Positions 8,001-12,020 of a stretch of DNA of 12,020 bases are shown here, piece by piece. Below the pieces are notes generated by a model. That model made no database searches and was not told the origin of the DNA. It saw nothing but the letters and a program-made list of their open reading frames with translations. Source of the DNA: Octopus sinensis (Eukaryota); contig NW_021826757.1 of assembly GCF_006345805.1 (NCBI RefSeq), forward strand, positions 1 through 12,020. The letters are read 5' to 3'. Position 1 is the first letter of the stretch. Every line of letters begins with the position of its first letter. Both the position numbers and the translations under genes were made by a program.

Positions 8001-8003
<3 letters not shown>
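7858..8003 (-). mobile_element. 5' half (tRNA head) of the abundant SINE family
   Basis: Minus strand reads GCAGGAGTGGCTGTGAGGTAAGAAGCTTG (A box TGGCTGTGAGG), GGGTTCAGTCCC (B box), and ...CCAAGCCTTGGGAGTGAATTTGGTAGACCGAAAC. It aligns with 9424-9280. Confidence 0.92.
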
Positions 8004-8047
<44 letters not shown>

Positions 8048-8326
8048 TACACACACACATATGTAAAAGTATATGTGTATGAAAATAATAGGTTTTTGCG
8101 TATGAAAGACGCAAGTACTTAGATAGGCATATGTGTCTTTGTATACAGTGTATTCCAGTTGAAAACCCGACTCCCTTCCTGTTCTGTCTAAAGCTGTCAA
8201 AAGTCATCAACAACATGTGATGAATGAGGTGTGAATAGAAAAAATATAGGTCAGTGTACACTCATCAAATACTTACATACATATAAACACGTACTGCCAT
8301 ATATGTGGGATGTGTATATATGTGCA

Positions 8327-8328
<2 letters not shown>

Positions 8329-8362
<34 letters not shown>

Positions 8363-8452
8363 GTGTGTGTGCATGTCTCTACGGTAGAGAAATATTTGCC
8401 ATGTATTTGAACCAAACATGTATACATAGTGGTAAATGCTAGTATACACAGA

Positions 8453-8486
<34 letters not shown>

Positions 8487-8545
8487 CATACACACATTCC
8501 TGCATACCTACATAGATGCATACATATAAACATACATACATACAT
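8329..8545. repeat. (GT)n at 8329-8370 and (CATA)n at about 8455-8545
   Basis: Read directly. Confidence 0.92.
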
Positions 8546-9130
8546 GCGTGCATGTATGCATGCAGCTATGTATTTTATGTATGTACATATTTATAATAAT
8601 ATTAATAGTGTATTTATATGTTTTCGCACAGCCAAAGCGGTGCCAATGACGAAGTTAACATATAGCTATACTTCGCAGCAATAGTAACTTCCGTTGGTGT
8701 GGAGGTGTGGATTGTCTCTTTTTCTCCGGTTCTGAAGAAGCTATAAGTTGTCGCACTGTTACTCAAATCTAGTGTCCAGTTTCTTATAGCCCAAACTGAT
8801 GCAAGCCAGTGGAGTGATTACGTAATTTTTTTTCTTTTTTTCATTTATTTACTGTTATTTTTATATCTATACTTATATTCATATACATAATATGCATTTA
8901 ATATATACATTGTATGTTTGTATATATATTTGTGCATATATATATGCATGTGTATGTACATCTGTTTATGCGGATGCAGGTACTCATGTGCCGGATAACG
9001 AAGAAGCCCTTATGCGATCCTACAATTTGCTAGAAATAAGAGTCAACGTTTTTGTAGCAACACTCTAAGATGATACGTGGGGTAATACAATCTAAGATGC
9101 AGTGTGCCGTCAACGCTAAGTTATAGGCAG

Positions 9131-9424
9131 TTTGACGAAACGCTAAGTTACGGGCACATAAACATGCCAGCGCCAGTTGTCAACCAGGGGCTGTGGACAA
9201 ACACAGACACACGCATACATGCACGCGCGCACATACACACATACATACACGCACACATGCACGACGGGCTTCTTTCATTTCCCGTCTACTAAATCCACTC
9301 GTAAGGTTTTGGTCGACCAGAGGCAATATTAGAAGACACTTGACCAAGGCGCTACGCGCTGGAACCGAATGCGGAACCATGTCATTGGGAAGCAATTTTT
9401 TTACCATACCACCACGCTTACACC
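9131..9424 (-). mobile_element. Diverged, 3'-truncated copy of the abundant tRNA-SINE family
   Basis: Minus strand starts GGTGTAAGCGTGGTGGTATGG (head), continues through ...GTAGACGGGAAATGAAAGAAGCCCGTCG and a (TG)-type middle, and ends near TAACTTAGCGTTTCGTCAAA. It is collinear with the 7858-8003 and 7264-7410 pieces. Confidence 0.88.
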
Positions 9425-10077
9425 AATTGGTGATGGTTGTTGCATGTTCGCATCACTGGCGTTGACGATTGTGAAGGTGAAGCGGTGAAGGTGCTGATAG
9501 CATGAAGTTGTGGTTGTGGTTAGGGCGGTGGCCGTAGTGCTCGTGCTAGCAGAGATGGTGATTATGGTTGTGTCATCTGTTGGAAATGGCAGTGTCGACG
9601 GTAGTCGGTGGCGATGATTTGGGAGTTGTTGAACGTAGCGGTATTGATGTTGGTGTTTGAAGTGATGATGTTTATCCAAGTCTCTTGGATACACGCCAGC
9701 AAATGGTAAAGTCGATAACTGTGTCCATGCACAACTGCCAGTCTTCCTTTCTGAGGAGACTTGCCCTTACGAGCATCTACATGTGCAGTGTTATCTTCGG
9801 CCTTACCCGACGGTAGCTCTCAAGAAGGCACCTTTTATCATAAGATCTACTGCGTCAGTGCTAACCCTTCAACAAAGAACGATTACACTACACTTAACTG
9901 TAGTGCACTTCATCTTCATAAACACTAACACTGACATATTTCACTTTAGTTTACTAAAACAAGGAAAATGACTAAAAATTACTATTTGCCTCGGTCGTCT
10001 CTGACGCATCGGAAAATACAAACAGCTGAAGCAGCAATATCAAAAGTAATAGTAGCTGAAGTTTTGTTGATATTGTT

Positions 10078-10134
10078 GGTAGTAGTAGTAGTAGTAGTTG
10101 TAATAGTAGTAGTAGTTGTAGTAGTAGTAGTGGC

Positions 10135-10169
<35 letters not shown>

Positions 10170-10212
10170 AGTAGTAGTAGCAGTAGTAGCAGAGGTAGTA
10201 GTATTAGTGGTA
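10078..10212. repeat. (GTA)n trinucleotide microsatellite with one 1-nt register shift near 10170
   Basis: Read directly. Confidence 0.95.
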
Positions 10213-10274
10213 GTGGGTTTCATATGAAAAATGCCGGTCACCTACATTAACAGCAATAACTACAACGGTTTTTA

Positions 10275-10605
10275 TGCGTGCATCTATATATCATGTGTGT
10301 ATGTATGTATGTGTATGCATGTTTGCATCTATGTATCGATGTATACATGTTAGTTTATATGTATGCATTTTTGTATATATGTAACGATGCATGTGTGTGT
10401 GTGTATATATATATATACATACATACATATATATATATGTATACATATGTATCTTTGTATATACGTATGTATGCAAGAATATATGTATGTATGTATGTAC
10501 GTATGTATGTATGTATGTATCTATCTATCTATCTATCTATCTATATGTATAAAGAGGTTTGTGATTATCTGTGTACGTATGTATGTATGTATGAATCTAT
10601 GTATG

Positions 10606-10656
<51 letters not shown>

Positions 10657-10660
10657 ATGT
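10275..10660. repeat. Compound (TATG)/(TA)/(TATC)/(TG) microsatellite
   Basis: Read directly. Confidence 0.92.
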
Positions 10661-10934
10661 ATGCAGTAAGAGCAACATTTTTCATGTCCAACTCAGTTCA
10701 TGCATGGATCAGAGCATCGTTTGTTGATGTGAGTTATAACTAGTCTCCAAGGAACCATTATATCTACCTTGATGACATTAGCTTGAAATTAAGTTTAGGG
10801 AGGTGTGGATGTAGTGCGGGAGGAGTGCTTGTGTATAGTAGTTGGGTTAATGCGAGAAGCAGGTAGTGCTGGAATGGGAGTACTGTAGAGTATCTCAAAA
10901 CCGAGCGGCATGGATGGATAGAAATTATTAATTT

Positions 10935-11040
10935 CATATAAATATATATGTACGTATATATACATACATAAATATGTACAAACATACATACATACATACG
11001 AACATACATACATACATACATACATACATACATACATACA

Positions 11041-11071
<31 letters not shown>

Positions 11072-11202
11072 TTATATGTATATCCATCCAAAGAGATAGA
11101 TGGAAGTATAGATAGGTAGACAGACATAGATATAGATAGATAGATATACAGATTGACAGATAGATATAGATACAAGAACAGATAGCTATATATATATGTG
11201 TG

Positions 11203-11293
<91 letters not shown>

Positions 11294-11340
11294 ATATCTA
11301 TTTATCTATACTGTATGTATGTATCTATATATATGCATAT

Positions 11341-11411
<71 letters not shown>

Positions 11412-11615
11412 GCTTATATATATATATATAATATATATATATGTATATATATTATATATATATATATATACATATGCATATATATGTGTATATATATGTA
11501 TAATCGCATATATATGTGTGTATATACGTATTTACATATATATATATGCATAAATATGCATATAAATATACATGTACATATAGGTACATATACATGCATA
11601 CGTATATATATATAT
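10935..11615. repeat. Compound (CATA)n, degenerate (GATA), (TATC)n and (TA)n microsatellites
   Basis: (CATA)n at about 10983-11070, GATA-like at about 11090-11187, (TATC)n at about 11204-11295, and a TA-rich tract to about 11615. Confidence 0.94.
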
Positions 11616-12020
11616 CATCCATGACATATGATTACTCCGGCTCTTCTCATGGACGAATCTAGTAAGAAAGAAAAAAAAAATAAATAAATAAAAGAATTAA
11701 GCAGAATAAAACAGAAAACAAAGACACAATTTACGCTTTCTTTCATGATTATTTCATCAAACGTGTGATGAAGTAATGATAAATAGATGATGAAACATAT
11801 AGCTTTAAGATGTTAAGAGTCTTTCTTCTGCCCTGCCCTTGTCCTAGACTTGCTTTATTTCCAATATTTGTTACTGTCCTGTCTTACATTCTCACTGTTT
11901 CTCTCTAGTTATCATCGAATCAATGGCTGAAAACTGTTTTAAATCTTGTTTATCGTCCATTTTTATGGTTGCATTATTAACTTATCTCCGAGATGAAAGA
12001 GTTACTCAGTTTCTATTACA

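Noticed and set aside
10790-10935. GGVLVY-containing stretch resembling a LINE AP-endonuclease motif, or a small exon (TTTAG|...CAG|GTAGTG)
   Set aside because: Single short motif, an in-frame stop, and no other endonuclease motifs; the splice signals are unremarkable.
418-11624. The many Y/I/M/C/V/H/T-rich ORFs in the supplied track
   Set aside because: They are translations of (TA)n, (TATG)n, (TATC)n, (CA)n and (AAT)n repeats, which lack stop codons in some frames. There is no protein-like content.
1-12020. CRISPR array, operon or other prokaryotic system
   Set aside because: No regularly spaced repeat-spacer structure and no gene-dense coding; composition and repeats are those of an animal nuclear genome.

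Overview
AT-rich, microsatellite-saturated animal DNA, mostly intronic or intergenic. The repeat repertoire strongly suggests an octopus or other coleoid cephalopod genome (inferred from recognising repeat families, not from a search). No complete protein-coding gene can be supported, and nearly all ORFs in the supplied track are artefacts of (TA)n, (TATC)n, (TATG)n, (CA)n and (AAT)n repeats. The window is a transposon graveyard. It holds a young tRNA-derived SINE with an 11-bp target-site duplication (TSD; 1270-1657) next to an old, decayed SINE of a second family. It holds five pieces of a third abundant tRNA-SINE family and two unrelated mariner relics lying tail-to-tail (3513-4412 + and 4553-4790 -). 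It also holds the 3' end of a CR1-group LINE with an open ORF2 C-terminus (6767-7263 -) and a Penelope-like terminal fragment (6557-6743). The most interesting signals are: (i) a decayed minimal type-I hammerhead ribozyme fold in the Penelope-like fragment (6607-6644); (ii) two complementary SINE halves in opposite orientation that overlap by a 13-bp inverted duplication, a possible 0.6-kb inversion starting at the LINE 5' junction; and (iii) several weak candidate exons, including a CUB-like 75-nt exon.
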